DNA from: an uncultured Mycoplasmatota bacterium
GTDB taxonomy: Bacteria > Bacillota_I > Bacilli_A > RF39 > UBA660
Length of the DNA stretch: 64,000 bases
NCBI GenBank assembly: GCA_946497955.1
Contig: CAMMMH010000001.1
Location: forward strand, 5,147 to 69,146
Direction of reading: 5' to 3'
In this document: piece after piece, positions 32,167-41,229 of the stretch
Layout of the letters: the number at the start of each line of letters is the position of its first letter
How positions within the stretch are numbered: position 1 is the first letter of the stretch
The notes under the pieces: generated by a model
Database searches by the model: none
What the model saw: only the letters and a program-made list of their open reading frames with translations
What the model was told of the DNA's origin: nothing
Translations under genes and position numbers: made by a program

Positions 32167-32349
32167 ATGGCAAAGAAAGTTACTAGCAAAAAGCCTTTAA
32201 CTGGAAATAGTAGATCACATGCTTTAAATGCTACTAAAAGACAACAAAAACCAAATTTACAAGTAATAAGACTTGAAGATGGAACTAAAATTAGAATGAG
32301 TGCAAGAGAAATCAGAAGTTTAAGAAAACAAGATAAACAAGCTGCTTAA
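32167..32349 (+). CDS. rpmB: 50S ribosomal protein L28
   Basis: GNSRSHALNATKR...KPNLQ L28 signature; AAGGAGG RBS. Confidence 0.85.
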   Translation: MAKKVTSKKPLTGNSRSHALNATKRQQKPNLQVIRLEDGTKIRMSAREIRSLRKQDKQAA

Positions 32350-32356
32350 TATAAAA

Positions 32357-32388
32357 AAGATAGTCGTCACAAACGATTATCTTTTTTT
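32357..32388 (+). terminator. rho-independent terminator of rpmB
   Basis: aagatagtcgt...acgattatctt hairpin followed by TTTTTT. Confidence 0.7.
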
Positions 32389-32685
32389 AGTACCATAATG
32401 CATATTAACTTGCTCTCTCATATAATCTAAATTTCTAGATGCTTTTTGACTAGCAAGCATTTGAAAATATGCTAAATCAAAATTATTATTTTCTGATTTT
32501 GTAACTTCAGTATCATCTACAACAGTTGCAAATTGAGATGTCATATTAGGCATTGTTCTAATTATACTATTAGCTAAATTGCCTCCAACACGTGATGATG
32601 CTAAAGCTTCAGTAAATGACTTTTCTCTTATTTGATATCTATTCATTAATTGCTCCTTTCTTACTGCGTGCTGATATATTATCAT
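32377..32685 (-). CDS. hypothetical small protein
   Basis: 102-aa ORF. Confidence 0.35.
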   Translation of the reverse strand: MIIYQHAVRKEQLMNRYQIREKSFTEALASSRVGGNLANSIIRTMPNMTSQFATVVDDTEVTKSENNNFDLAYFQMLASQKASRNLDYMREQVNMHYGTKKR

Positions 32686-32738
32686 ATTTTTCTCAGTTTG
32701 TCAAACATTTTTTTGTATGCATGAGCAATTAATATATA

Positions 32739-33260
32739 TTATCTTTCTAAATAATCTGCCCCTTTAAAAGGACCACCTTCTGGCTCTTCCTTAAGTAAAT
32801 CATTAAAATTCTGTTGTCTTAAGGCTTCATATATAACTATAGCCACACTATTAGAAACATTCAAAGCTCTAATATTAGATGTCATTGGTATTCTAAGGCA
32901 ATGTGATAAGTCATCTTTTAATATTTCTTTAGGAATACCAGTAGATTCTTTACCAAAGATAAAATATAAATCTAAATTTTCTTTATTACTATAATCAAAA
33001 CTAGTATGAGGTTTCCTTCCATATCTTGTTAGATAATAATATACACCTTTATTTTTAGATGTAAAATCATCCCAATTCTCATAGACTTCATAATCTAGTT
33101 TTTCTATATAGTTAACTGCACTTCTTTTAAGATGCTTATCATCTAAAGAAAAGCCTAATGGTTTAATTAAATGTAATTTTGTATTAGTCCCTACACAAGT
33201 TCTCATGATATTACCAGTATTTTGTGGTATTTCAGGTTCAAACAAAACTATATGATTCAT
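32739..33260 (-). CDS. trmL: tRNA (cytidine/uridine-2'-O)-methyltransferase TrmL (SpoU/TrmH family)
   Basis: MNHIVLFEPEIPQNTGNIMRTC N-terminus and SPOUT knot motifs. Confidence 0.85.
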   Translation of the reverse strand: MNHIVLFEPEIPQNTGNIMRTCVGTNTKLHLIKPLGFSLDDKHLKRSAVNYIEKLDYEVYENWDDFTSKNKGVYYYLTRYGRKPHTSFDYSNKENLDLYFIFGKESTGIPKEILKDDLSHCLRIPMTSNIRALNVSNSVAIVIYEALRQQNFNDLLKEEPEGGPFKGADYLER

Positions 33261-33287
33261 AATAACACCTCCAAACTAAAACAAGAC

Positions 33288-33806
33288 TTATTGTCCTGCT
33301 TTATCATTAATATCAAGAAAGTTTAAAGCTTCATCTCTAGTTAATAATGCCCCATTAAGTCCATCTTCAACCGCTGTAATCTTTCCTTCTGTAAACTTAA
33401 TCAAACATGGTACTCTTCCAATACTAAAATCTGAGCCATATTTATCTAATAAGTTTTGTATAAAAGAAGTCTTATCATCTACATCTTCTAAATTAACATA
33501 TACTAAATCCTCATAGTTATTCTTCTCTAAAGGTGACTTTATTGTTTCCTCAAATTCTCTACATTCACTATCACTTGCAGCACACAAATATAATATTGGA
33601 GAAGGATTTTCTGTCAAATAATGTTCAACTTCATTTGGATTAATTTCGGAAATAACATTTTGTAAGACAGGTATTTCCTTTTGATAATTCTTATAAGTAT
33701 TATATAAACTGGCTAAATATAAAACTAGGACTATTACTATAATATATATAACTACTAAAATTACATAATTTTGTTTTTGTTTCTTTTTACTTTTCACTAT
33801 CATCAC
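33288..33806 (-). CDS. membrane-anchored hypothetical protein
   Basis: N-terminal TM helix then soluble domain; no motif. Confidence 0.4.
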   Translation of the reverse strand: MMIVKSKKKQKQNYVILVVIYIIVIVLVLYLASLYNTYKNYQKEIPVLQNVISEINPNEVEHYLTENPSPILYLCAASDSECREFEETIKSPLEKNNYEDLVYVNLEDVDDKTSFIQNLLDKYGSDFSIGRVPCLIKFTEGKITAVEDGLNGALLTRDEALNFLDINDKAGQ

Positions 33807-33929
33807 CTCTAACTTAAATTAATTGTAACACAATCTTAATATTTTGAAAACAATAGTTTTTATTTTTTAGGCAGAAAAACTTTACTATTTAACTATTAGA
33901 CATAAACTACAAATAAAGGAGGATTAATT

Positions 33930-34100
33930 ATGTACAATAGACCAATTTACCAAAATAATAATAGAAATGGTTTTATTCCTTTAATTGTTGGGGGTGTTAT
34001 AGGATATGGACTAGGTAGTTATAATAGACCTAACTTTTATTATCCAATATACCCATTCTATCCAGTATATCCTATGTATCCACCATTTTATAGAAGATAA
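33930..34100 (+). CDS. small Tyr/Pro-rich protein (56 aa; MYNRPIYQNNNRNGFIPLIVGG...YPFYPVYPMYPPFYRR), possibly spore-coat associated
   Basis: AAAGGAGG RBS 7 nt upstream of the ATG. Below the ORF-track size cut-off. The composition is unlike random AT-rich translation. Confidence 0.4.
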   Translation: MYNRPIYQNNNRNGFIPLIVGGVIGYGLGSYNRPNFYYPIYPFYPVYPMYPPFYRR

Positions 34101-34124
34101 GGTTAATGCCTTATCTTAAAAAAA
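34094..34124. terminator. inverted repeat between convergent genes (possible terminator)
   Basis: aagataagg/ccttatctt hairpin flanked by T-rich and A-rich runs. Confidence 0.35.
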
Positions 34125-34134
34125 GCCCTATGGA

Positions 34135-34617
34135 CTATTTTATTGCAGTTATTTCAACTTCATAACTTCCATTAGGACTTTCTACAGTAATAACATCTCC
34201 TACTTTATGATTAAGTAGAGCTTTAGCGATAGGACTTTCATTAGAGATTCTTCCTTCGAAAGGATCAGCTTCTTGACTTCCTACTATTTGGTATTCATCA
34301 GTATCATCTTCATCATCTACATATTTAATAGAAACTGTACTACCAAGTCCTACTACATCTTTAGGAATATCTTTAATTATTTCTACATTTTCAAGCATCT
34401 TCTCTATAGTTTTAATTCTACCTTCAATTTGTGCTTGTTCATTTTTAGCAGCATCGTAGTCAGCATTTTCAGATAAATCACCTAAACTACGTGCTTCCTT
34501 AATGGCCTGTATATTAGCAGGTCTTTTTTCATTTATTAATTCACTTAATTCATTTTTTAAATCATTAAGTCCTTCTTCTGTTAAATAAACTGTTTTTTTG
34601 TTTCCCATTGTAATCAC
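34135..34617 (-). CDS. greA: transcription elongation factor GreA
   Basis: Full-length GreA-like: N-terminal coiled coil, C-terminal FKBP-like domain with conserved acidic tip. Confidence 0.9.
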   Translation of the reverse strand: MITMGNKKTVYLTEEGLNDLKNELSELINEKRPANIQAIKEARSLGDLSENADYDAAKNEQAQIEGRIKTIEKMLENVEIIKDIPKDVVGLGSTVSIKYVDDEDDTDEYQIVGSQEADPFEGRISNESPIAKALLNHKVGDVITVESPNGSYEVEITAIK

Positions 34618-34751
34618 CTCAAAATTTATAATAATAGGCTAGGTCTCCCTAACCATAATACGAGTAAAATTTTAGCACAAATTTACAAAAATATCAAGCA
34701 TTATTTTCATAAATTTCTTTAGTATATTATGCATTACACTTTAAAATGATA

Positions 34752-35450
34752 CTAAGAATTAACAATCCATTCAACAATTGTCTTCTTAAGAGAAAAATAT
34801 GTCTCTTTTTCATACTGCATATTACAAATACAATACTTTTTATTAGCAATATGAGAGCAGAACATACACTCATCAATGTTAAAGCAGTCTTGAATAAATA
34901 AAGAGTTACTTATTTTATTAGAACAAATAACACTATAGGAGTTACTACAATTATTAGAGTCATCTACTCTAATAGAAAAGGTACAATTTCCACTACGTTG
35001 AGAAGCTAATAAGAATTCACTTCTCCCACATCCATCACAAAATACTATATTTTTACAGTTAGAACAGTTAGTAGAATTATAGACATAACTAGAATCATAT
35101 ATAGTATCGCTTTTACTAACATATGTAGAATTATAACAACGCTCTGTAGTAATAGTATTAATCTCTTCCCAGGTATTAATTAATTCTTCTAATGAATTAA
35201 AATCTCTTTTTTCCATCATAAAGCCCTTACTACTATCTAAATTTTCCATATTATCTTTAGTAATAAATTTAGTAGCATTATCAAAATCAGTATATGTCTC
35301 TTCATGAGTTATACTATCATATACTTTTCGTGGCAGTTTAATATCAAAAGCATATTTTTTATAAATATCATCTAATGAATCTTTATTATCAACTAAAAAA
35401 ACCGCTTTAAATATCTTATTTATAATCACTAAAGCATCTTCCCTACTCAT
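34752..35450 (-). CDS. Cys-rich protein with multiple CxxC motifs, unknown function; partner of the upstream ATPase
   Basis: C-terminal 130 aa carries about 14 Cys in quasi-periodic CxxC pairs (CSNC, CDGC, CMFC, CIC). The start overlaps the upstream gene's stop by 8 nt. Confidence 0.5.
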   Translation of the reverse strand: MSREDALVIINKIFKAVFLVDNKDSLDDIYKKYAFDIKLPRKVYDSITHEETYTDFDNATKFITKDNMENLDSSKGFMMEKRDFNSLEELINTWEEINTITTERCYNSTYVSKSDTIYDSSYVYNSTNCSNCKNIVFCDGCGRSEFLLASQRSGNCTFSIRVDDSNNCSNSYSVICSNKISNSLFIQDCFNIDECMFCSHIANKKYCICNMQYEKETYFSLKKTIVEWIVNS

Positions 35451-37281
35451 ACTTATTACTTCCTTTTTTTCTGCTATTAGATAAAGTAATTAAAATATCT
35501 TTTAGTCTTTTTGTTGTAAAATTAGAAAAGCTTGTCTTAATACTAGTGGATATATTCTTAACAATATTTTCTTTGTTTCTCTTATCTCTAATTAATGGAA
35601 CTGCCACAAAATCAGTTGTTTTCGCTTTAACGACAGGAAGAATTTTACCATTCTTACTTATTCTTACTACAACTTCTCTATTATTTAAACCTGTAAGCAA
35701 GTTAATCTTATCATCATCAGTTACACTTCTTGCAAATTTAATATCTAAGATATCTTTTAATATAACTGCATCACTTCTTGAAGTTCTAAAAACATAATAA
35801 TTAATGACATTTGCAAAGATTGAGTCTTGTAACTTCTTACTAATCTGTCCAAAATACTGTTCTGTTAAAATAAGGGCGATATCAAACTTTCTTGCTTCTG
35901 ATAAAATTCTCTCCATAATAGGATTTTCAAGTAATGATACTTCATCGACAACTAAAATTAGTTTTTTATTTATTCTATTTTCAATAGCAGTTTCAAGTAT
36001 TTCTTCCATCACTAAAGAAGATATAGTCTTAACTATATTATCACCTAAAATACTTCTATCTAAAGAAAATATAGTTAAGTCATTATCTTTTATAACATCA
36101 CTTATGCCTATTTTTTTCTTCTCAAAAGTAGAAAACACTAACATCTCATCGATAAAACTAATTATAGGAGAAATACTCTCATTATAATAATTAGTCTTTA
36201 AATCATTAAACTCTGTTAAGAAAAAGGAAACAACTGTATCATTTAGTTTAGGAGTTAACTCTTTTACTAGATTATTACGATATTCTAAATCTAATAAGAC
36301 TTTTCTAATATTTAGAAATGAGAAATCTTCTTTGACAAGCAATAGATTAATTGTATATCTTAAGACTCTTTCTAATTTTAAATTATATCCATCTTTCATT
36401 AAGTTTTTAAACACTGATAATAACAGTTCATTTTTAATAACGATATCACTACTACTAGATAAAAACAAATCACAACTTTCATTAAAGAAATCTATTACTT
36501 TAGTCCTATCTAATCCTCCAATATCTTTTTCTATTGAAGCATGAGGGTCTATTACTACTACTTTATAATCATCACTATTTAACATTATATTCTTAATTAA
36601 AAGACTAATTAGTTTAGATTTACCACTTCCACTACTACCAACTATTAAGGAATGTTTAAAAAAGTCATAATCTTTATAATCAAGATATAAATCACTATTT
36701 AGATATGGAAAAGCATCAACACTAAAAATACCAGTATTATTACTAGTTAAAAGAGGTAATATTTTTTCTAAGTTTAAATACTTGTTTTTCTTCTCATAAG
36801 AAAATCTTTTATTATTACTAAAATCAACACTAAGTATGTAAGTAGGTCTTGCTAGCATAAATCTTCTTCTAATATAGTTATTACTATTTTTAAAGAATAA
36901 ATAAGTCTTAAATAGTCTCTTATTAAAAAAAGGAATGATATTAATAATAATATATTTAAGTTCCCTATTATGTTTTAATCTACTAATATCAGAAAGCTCT
37001 ACAGCATTTTTATCTACATCTAAAATAATAGGTTTATGTTTTAGATAATCTATCTCTATATTTATATCATCTTCTTTTATTAAAAAGTCATCCATGGAAT
37101 TTATTGTTGGTGGAACTTTATATTTAGTAACTAGATAATATTTAATTTTATTATTAAATATTTCTATAACTATTTTAAATTTTCTAAAATCCCCATTGTA
37201 TTTACATATATAATCTATTAATTCCTGCCAAGATTCTTTTGAAACATTATCTGTATTTAGATAAATAGATTGAACTACCAT
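35443..37281 (-). CDS. HerA/VirB4-like (FtsK-HerA superfamily, DUF87-type) P-loop ATPase with ~220-aa N-terminal domain
   Basis: Walker A IVGSSGSGKSKL. HerA-like VVVIDPHASIE follows. Walker B LILVVDEVSLL. Downstream EARKFDIALILTEQ...NYYVFRTS motifs match HerA/VirB4. AAAGGGGAG RBS. Confidence 0.6.
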   Translation of the reverse strand: MVVQSIYLNTDNVSKESWQELIDYICKYNGDFRKFKIVIEIFNNKIKYYLVTKYKVPPTINSMDDFLIKEDDINIEIDYLKHKPIILDVDKNAVELSDISRLKHNRELKYIIINIIPFFNKRLFKTYLFFKNSNNYIRRRFMLARPTYILSVDFSNNKRFSYEKKNKYLNLEKILPLLTSNNTGIFSVDAFPYLNSDLYLDYKDYDFFKHSLIVGSSGSGKSKLISLLIKNIMLNSDDYKVVVIDPHASIEKDIGGLDRTKVIDFFNESCDLFLSSSSDIVIKNELLLSVFKNLMKDGYNLKLERVLRYTINLLLVKEDFSFLNIRKVLLDLEYRNNLVKELTPKLNDTVVSFFLTEFNDLKTNYYNESISPIISFIDEMLVFSTFEKKKIGISDVIKDNDLTIFSLDRSILGDNIVKTISSLVMEEILETAIENRINKKLILVVDEVSLLENPIMERILSEARKFDIALILTEQYFGQISKKLQDSIFANVINYYVFRTSRSDAVILKDILDIKFARSVTDDDKINLLTGLNNREVVVRISKNGKILPVVKAKTTDFVAVPLIRDKRNKENIVKNISTSIKTSFSNFTTKRLKDILITLSNSRKKGSNKYE

Positions 37282-37326
37282 GTTAAAACTCCCCTTTAGT
37301 GAAGTTTAACATAGAACTAAAGGAAA

Positions 37327-37362
37327 AAACTGACATTTATATTCTATATTTTGTCAGTTTTT
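37327..37362. terminator. bidirectional hairpin terminator about 45 nt upstream of the ATPase start
   Basis: aaactgaca...tgtcagttt 9-bp stem flanked by an A-run and a T-run. Confidence 0.5.
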
Positions 37363-37514
37363 AAGACTATTAATTTATAGAAAAGTGTGATACAATACAT
37401 ATATGAAGAGTTTCTTCATAAAATAGAAATGAATACATCTATTAGAATAGATGCTTTCAAAAAAATGTGTTTTTTTAGATAACATCTAATTCCAAGAGAA
37501 ATTAGATGTTATTA

Positions 37515-37592
37515 TTATCTAAAGATTAAGGTGATAATAATGAATAACAAGATAATGATAATTATAAAATATGATTTTTCATGTTTGTTCAT
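37515..37592 (-). CDS. putative 25-aa hydrophobic peptide (MNKHEKSYFIIIIILLFIIITLIFR)
   Basis: AAAGGGG RBS 8 nt upstream; may be a chance ORF in AT-rich DNA. Confidence 0.25.
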   Translation of the reverse strand: MNKHEKSYFIIIIILLFIIITLIFR

Positions 37593-37676
37593 ATATCTTG
37601 CCCCTTTCTATAAGATTATAAATGTTATAGAAAGGCATCTAATTCCAAATAAATGTATTCGTATTTAGTGTAACAT

Positions 37677-37706
37677 AAAACTCGTATCTTTCATAGTACG
37701 AGTTTT
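37677..37706 (-). terminator. rho-independent terminator of the AraC-family gene
   Basis: actcgtatctttcatagtacgagt hairpin followed by TTTT. Confidence 0.6.
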
Positions 37707-37723
37707 CGTAAATTTATTTCTTG

Positions 37724-38518
37724 TTAATCTTCTATAGGTATTAAAAACTCTGTTATACCATCATGATAATATTCAAGCTCTGGTAAGGGTCTAATATTAT
37801 ATTGTAAATTTAAAAACATTGTTTTATAAAACTTTTGACTAACTCTCCTAATATCTTTCGCTTCCTGGGAATTTATTATAAAAACAATCCATTTACTCTT
37901 AGGAATAACATATTTAGATAATCCAGATAATTTTTCTTTATATAAACACCAATATTCAAAGTTATCACTAGTATATCTATCTTCATAAGTAACCATACCA
38001 TAATCAGGATGCTTATTAAATTTATTGATACATTCATCAAAAAATCTTGGGGCATCACTCTTAATAGTATCACTTGTAGTCTTAGTTCCTACTCCATATA
38101 AAGTAAATTCATCTAAAGATATAATGTTATATGTTAAATCACTACTATCAGTAACTTCCTCTTTAAAGACAATTCTAGGAAAAGTTTTAATACCTTTCTT
38201 TAAGTCTTTTGCCTTACTAGGTTTAATGCCATAGAACTTATAAAAAGCACGAGAAAAAGATGTTGGATTATCATAGTGATATTTAAGCGCAACATCTATT
38301 ACTTTCTCATTTTTTACAGTTAAATCATAAAAAGATAAAGTTAGTCTTCTTTTTCTAACATATTCTGTTATGGTATTATTACATAATAGACTAAAGAGTT
38401 TTTTAGCAGTATAGACATTAACTCCTAGAATTCTAGCGATTTTTTCATAGTCTATATCGCTTTCTAAATTATCTTCTATATGATCTATTACTTTATTTAA
38501 TTCATGATAAATATTCAT
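37724..38518 (-). CDS. AraC-family transcriptional regulator with C-terminal GyrI-like effector-binding domain
   Basis: N-terminal AraC HTH pair (YEKIARILGVNVYTAKKLF...YHYDNPTSFSRAFYKFYGIKP) and C-terminal GyrI-like fold. Confidence 0.75.
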   Translation of the reverse strand: MNIYHELNKVIDHIEDNLESDIDYEKIARILGVNVYTAKKLFSLLCNNTITEYVRKRRLTLSFYDLTVKNEKVIDVALKYHYDNPTSFSRAFYKFYGIKPSKAKDLKKGIKTFPRIVFKEEVTDSSDLTYNIISLDEFTLYGVGTKTTSDTIKSDAPRFFDECINKFNKHPDYGMVTYEDRYTSDNFEYWCLYKEKLSGLSKYVIPKSKWIVFIINSQEAKDIRRVSQKFYKTMFLNLQYNIRPLPELEYYHDGITEFLIPIED

Positions 38519-38520
38519 AA

Positions 38521-38892
38521 TTATTTAATTTCAGTAAGCCAAAGACTATGTAAATTACAATAAGCATAGATTTTATTATATGATTTATCATAAGGAAAAC
38601 TTGCTTCTGGTTTATCTCCTGCTTTTAACTTCTTAATCATATAATTATCATCACTTGCAAGAATTATAAAGGAAATATAATGTTCATCTGTCATTGGATG
38701 TTCTACTTCTCCTACTTTGATATTAATCATTCCATCTTTAATCTCATATACTGGTAAATGTTTTTCAGTAGCCGCTTCAGTTGTGTTCGCTTCAACTAAT
38801 GTCATCTTTTCACCACAGCATACTAAAGCCTCACTTTTATCTTCTAACTTTAATATAACATTTCCACATTTTTTACATACATAAATTTTCAT
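38521..38892 (-). CDS. dfx: desulfoferrodoxin (superoxide reductase)
   Basis: N-terminal desulforedoxin CxxC...CC centre and C-terminal His/Cys neelaredoxin centre. Confidence 0.8.
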   Translation of the reverse strand: MKIYVCKKCGNVILKLEDKSEALVCCGEKMTLVEANTTEAATEKHLPVYEIKDGMINIKVGEVEHPMTDEHYISFIILASDDNYMIKKLKAGDKPEASFPYDKSYNKIYAYCNLHSLWLTEIK

Positions 38893-38926
38893 TAATCATA
38901 CCTTCTTTCCATATTTATTATAATTT

Positions 38927-39706
38927 CTATTTTAACTTTTTACAAGATGTAACTAAGTTTTCTAATAGAAAGGCAATAGATAAAGGACCTACTCCCTTAG
39001 TTTTAGGTGTATAACTAATATTATCACTATCTATTAAGACATCACCTAAACCTACATCTATAATAATACAGTCATCTTTTAAATCACTACTTCTAAAAAG
39101 ATTATTAACACCTGTTACACTTATCACAATATCACTGTTTTTTAACAAACTAACTAAATCTCTAGTCTTAGAGTGACACATACTAACTGTTGCATCACTA
39201 TTTATTAAGTAACTTGCAAGAGGTCTAGAAATGTTATAACTTCTTCCAATGATAGTGACATTTTTACCACTTAAAGAGATATTATAAGACTCTAATATCT
39301 TTATAACGGCAAGAACAGTAGAATTAACTATATTAGGTCTATTTATAGATAAATAATACTGATTAATGGAATTAACACCATCTATATCTTTATTTATATT
39401 TATCGCATCATAACAAGCATATTTATCTACATTTTTAGGAAGAGGTTCTACTAATAAAATACCAGTTATTTCATCATCTTTATTCAATTCATCTATTAAA
39501 GAAATAACATCTTTTGTATTAGGATTATCTAAGTTATAATGTTTAAAATGGATATCAAGTTCAAGACATTTATCTATTAATAATTTACAATATGTAGAGT
39601 TATTGAAGCTAATGATAGCAAGAAAAGGGGTGTTTTTCTTAAGACCTTTCTTTACTTTAGTAAGTATAACACTAACTAAAGTACTACACTCTAACACTCT
39701 ACTCAT
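38927..39706 (-). CDS. FolD-like methylenetetrahydrofolate dehydrogenase/cyclohydrolase (divergent)
   Basis: Global similarity to FolD (GKNVTIIGRSYNISRPLASYL...SMCHSKT, GVGP(L/M)(S/T)IA), but the S-x-x-Y-x-x-x-K catalytic motif is altered. Confidence 0.55.
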   Translation of the reverse strand: MSRVLECSTLVSVILTKVKKGLKKNTPFLAIISFNNSTYCKLLIDKCLELDIHFKHYNLDNPNTKDVISLIDELNKDDEITGILLVEPLPKNVDKYACYDAININKDIDGVNSINQYYLSINRPNIVNSTVLAVIKILESYNISLSGKNVTIIGRSYNISRPLASYLINSDATVSMCHSKTRDLVSLLKNSDIVISVTGVNNLFRSSDLKDDCIIIDVGLGDVLIDSDNISYTPKTKGVGPLSIAFLLENLVTSCKKLK

Positions 39707-40823
39707 GATTTTTAATCTCTCTTATCAAAAAGTCATCAGTCATACCAGCGATATAATCTATCACCCATCTTTTAATATTAGTAGATTCTAAATATCTTTT
39801 ATCTTGATGATTTAAAAATATTTTATAGATATCACTTTCTTTATTATTTGTCTTTATATCATCTAAATAGATATTATATAGTTTATTGATACCAGCTTCA
39901 TAATAATTTAATTCTTCTTTAGTCATAGAATACTTATAGATATTTTCATTATTAAATTTCTTTAAAGCGAATAGAGCATTATAGACTTTATCACTCATCT
40001 TAATATAAGGTTTATCTATACTTTCATTAATAATATCTAAGACAATAGTATTAACAATATCTCTATTATTATCACCTAAAACATCTCTTATACTTTCTGG
40101 TATATCACTTCTTTTAAATCTATCTATCATAATAGCATCTTCTATGTCTCTACCAATATAACCAATAATATCACTAATTCTAACTACACAACCTTCTAAG
40201 GTCATAGGACGATACTTTTTAGATTTCTCTAAGTCTTTATAACTTTCATTATATTCTCTTAAAAACTCATTCTTATCCTTCTTCATAGGTTCATAGATAG
40301 GACTTAACATCTCCCCATTATGGGTCATAATACCATCTAAAGTTTGAAGGGTTAAATTAAGTCCTTCTCCATCTTTTGCAACATCCATATAGTATCTAAC
40401 CCCTTGAATATTGTGAGCGAAATACTCTCCTAGTTCTTTTAAAGATAATCTATTTAATATCGCTTCCCCGGTATGTCCTAAAGGAGTGTGACCAATATCA
40501 TGACCTAAGGCAATCGCTTCTATTAAGTCTTCATTTAAGTTTAAAGCTCTACCTATTGTCCTTGCAATCTTACTAACTAACTGGACATGAGTAATTCTTC
40601 TACTTACATGGTCATTAGAGTTTAGTGTATAAACTTGGGTTTTATTTAAATATCTTGTATAAGACAAAGAATGAATTATTCTATCTATATCATGAAAAAA
40701 CGGAGGACGAATATCTTCCTTTTCTTCTTTAAACCTAACAGCATCACTACTTTTAGTAGCATAAGGACTTAAATCTTTTTCTTTCCTTAAAAAGTTCTCT
40801 TTAGCTTTCTTAAAATTATCCAT
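39699..40823 (-). CDS. dGTPase-like HD-domain triphosphohydrolase
   Basis: HVQLVSKIARTIG...GHDIGHTPLGHTGE HD motif typical of dGTP triphosphohydrolase-like proteins. Confidence 0.7.
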   Translation of the reverse strand: MDNFKKAKENFLRKEKDLSPYATKSSDAVRFKEEKEDIRPPFFHDIDRIIHSLSYTRYLNKTQVYTLNSNDHVSRRITHVQLVSKIARTIGRALNLNEDLIEAIALGHDIGHTPLGHTGEAILNRLSLKELGEYFAHNIQGVRYYMDVAKDGEGLNLTLQTLDGIMTHNGEMLSPIYEPMKKDKNEFLREYNESYKDLEKSKKYRPMTLEGCVVRISDIIGYIGRDIEDAIMIDRFKRSDIPESIRDVLGDNNRDIVNTIVLDIINESIDKPYIKMSDKVYNALFALKKFNNENIYKYSMTKEELNYYEAGINKLYNIYLDDIKTNNKESDIYKIFLNHQDKRYLESTNIKRWVIDYIAGMTDDFLIREIKNHE

Positions 40824-40827
40824 TAAA

Positions 40828-41196
40828 TCACTTCTTTCCTAGATAATATTTTTTAGTTTTCACATTTCCCCTTTTCATCTTTACAAAATTATCAAAATTA
40901 TCTTTAACATAATTATCTCTATTAAAGATATGATTAATCACTACTCTATTCTCTTCAGTAATATCATCTTCATTTAAATATAGACCCTCATCATAATTAA
41001 CAATATTTAATTTCTTACTTTCATCTCTTTCTGATTTTAAGATAACAAAGTTATTAAAGCCATCCAACTCTTCATAACCTGTTTTAGTCTTAGATACAAT
41101 TATTTTATCTAAAAACATAAAATCTACCTCTCCACAAACAAAATCTTCGGCAAGCATCACATAAACTGGAACATAATAATATTCTTTACTACCCAT
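40828..41196 (-). CDS. hypothetical protein
   Basis: 122-aa ORF. Confidence 0.35.
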   Translation of the reverse strand: MGSKEYYYVPVYVMLAEDFVCGEVDFMFLDKIIVSKTKTGYEELDGFNNFVILKSERDESKKLNIVNYDEGLYLNEDDITEENRVVINHIFNRDNYVKDNFDNFVKMKRGNVKTKKYYLGKK

Positions 41197-41229
41197 AACT
41201 ACTTCTCCTTATTAATTTATATTGAAAGA

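Noticed and set aside
35546-36544. Three + strand ORFs (35546-35797, 35804-36187, 36332-36544) inside the ATPase gene
   Set aside because: Antisense to a long minus-strand gene that has clear Walker motifs; the compositions are low-complexity S/L/I-rich, typical of reverse-frame translation in AT-rich DNA
35443-37281. Conjugative VirB4/TraE assignment for the ATPase
   Set aside because: No other T4SS, relaxase or coupling-protein genes in the neighbourhood, and it is embedded between core genes; kept as HerA/VirB4-superfamily without functional commitment
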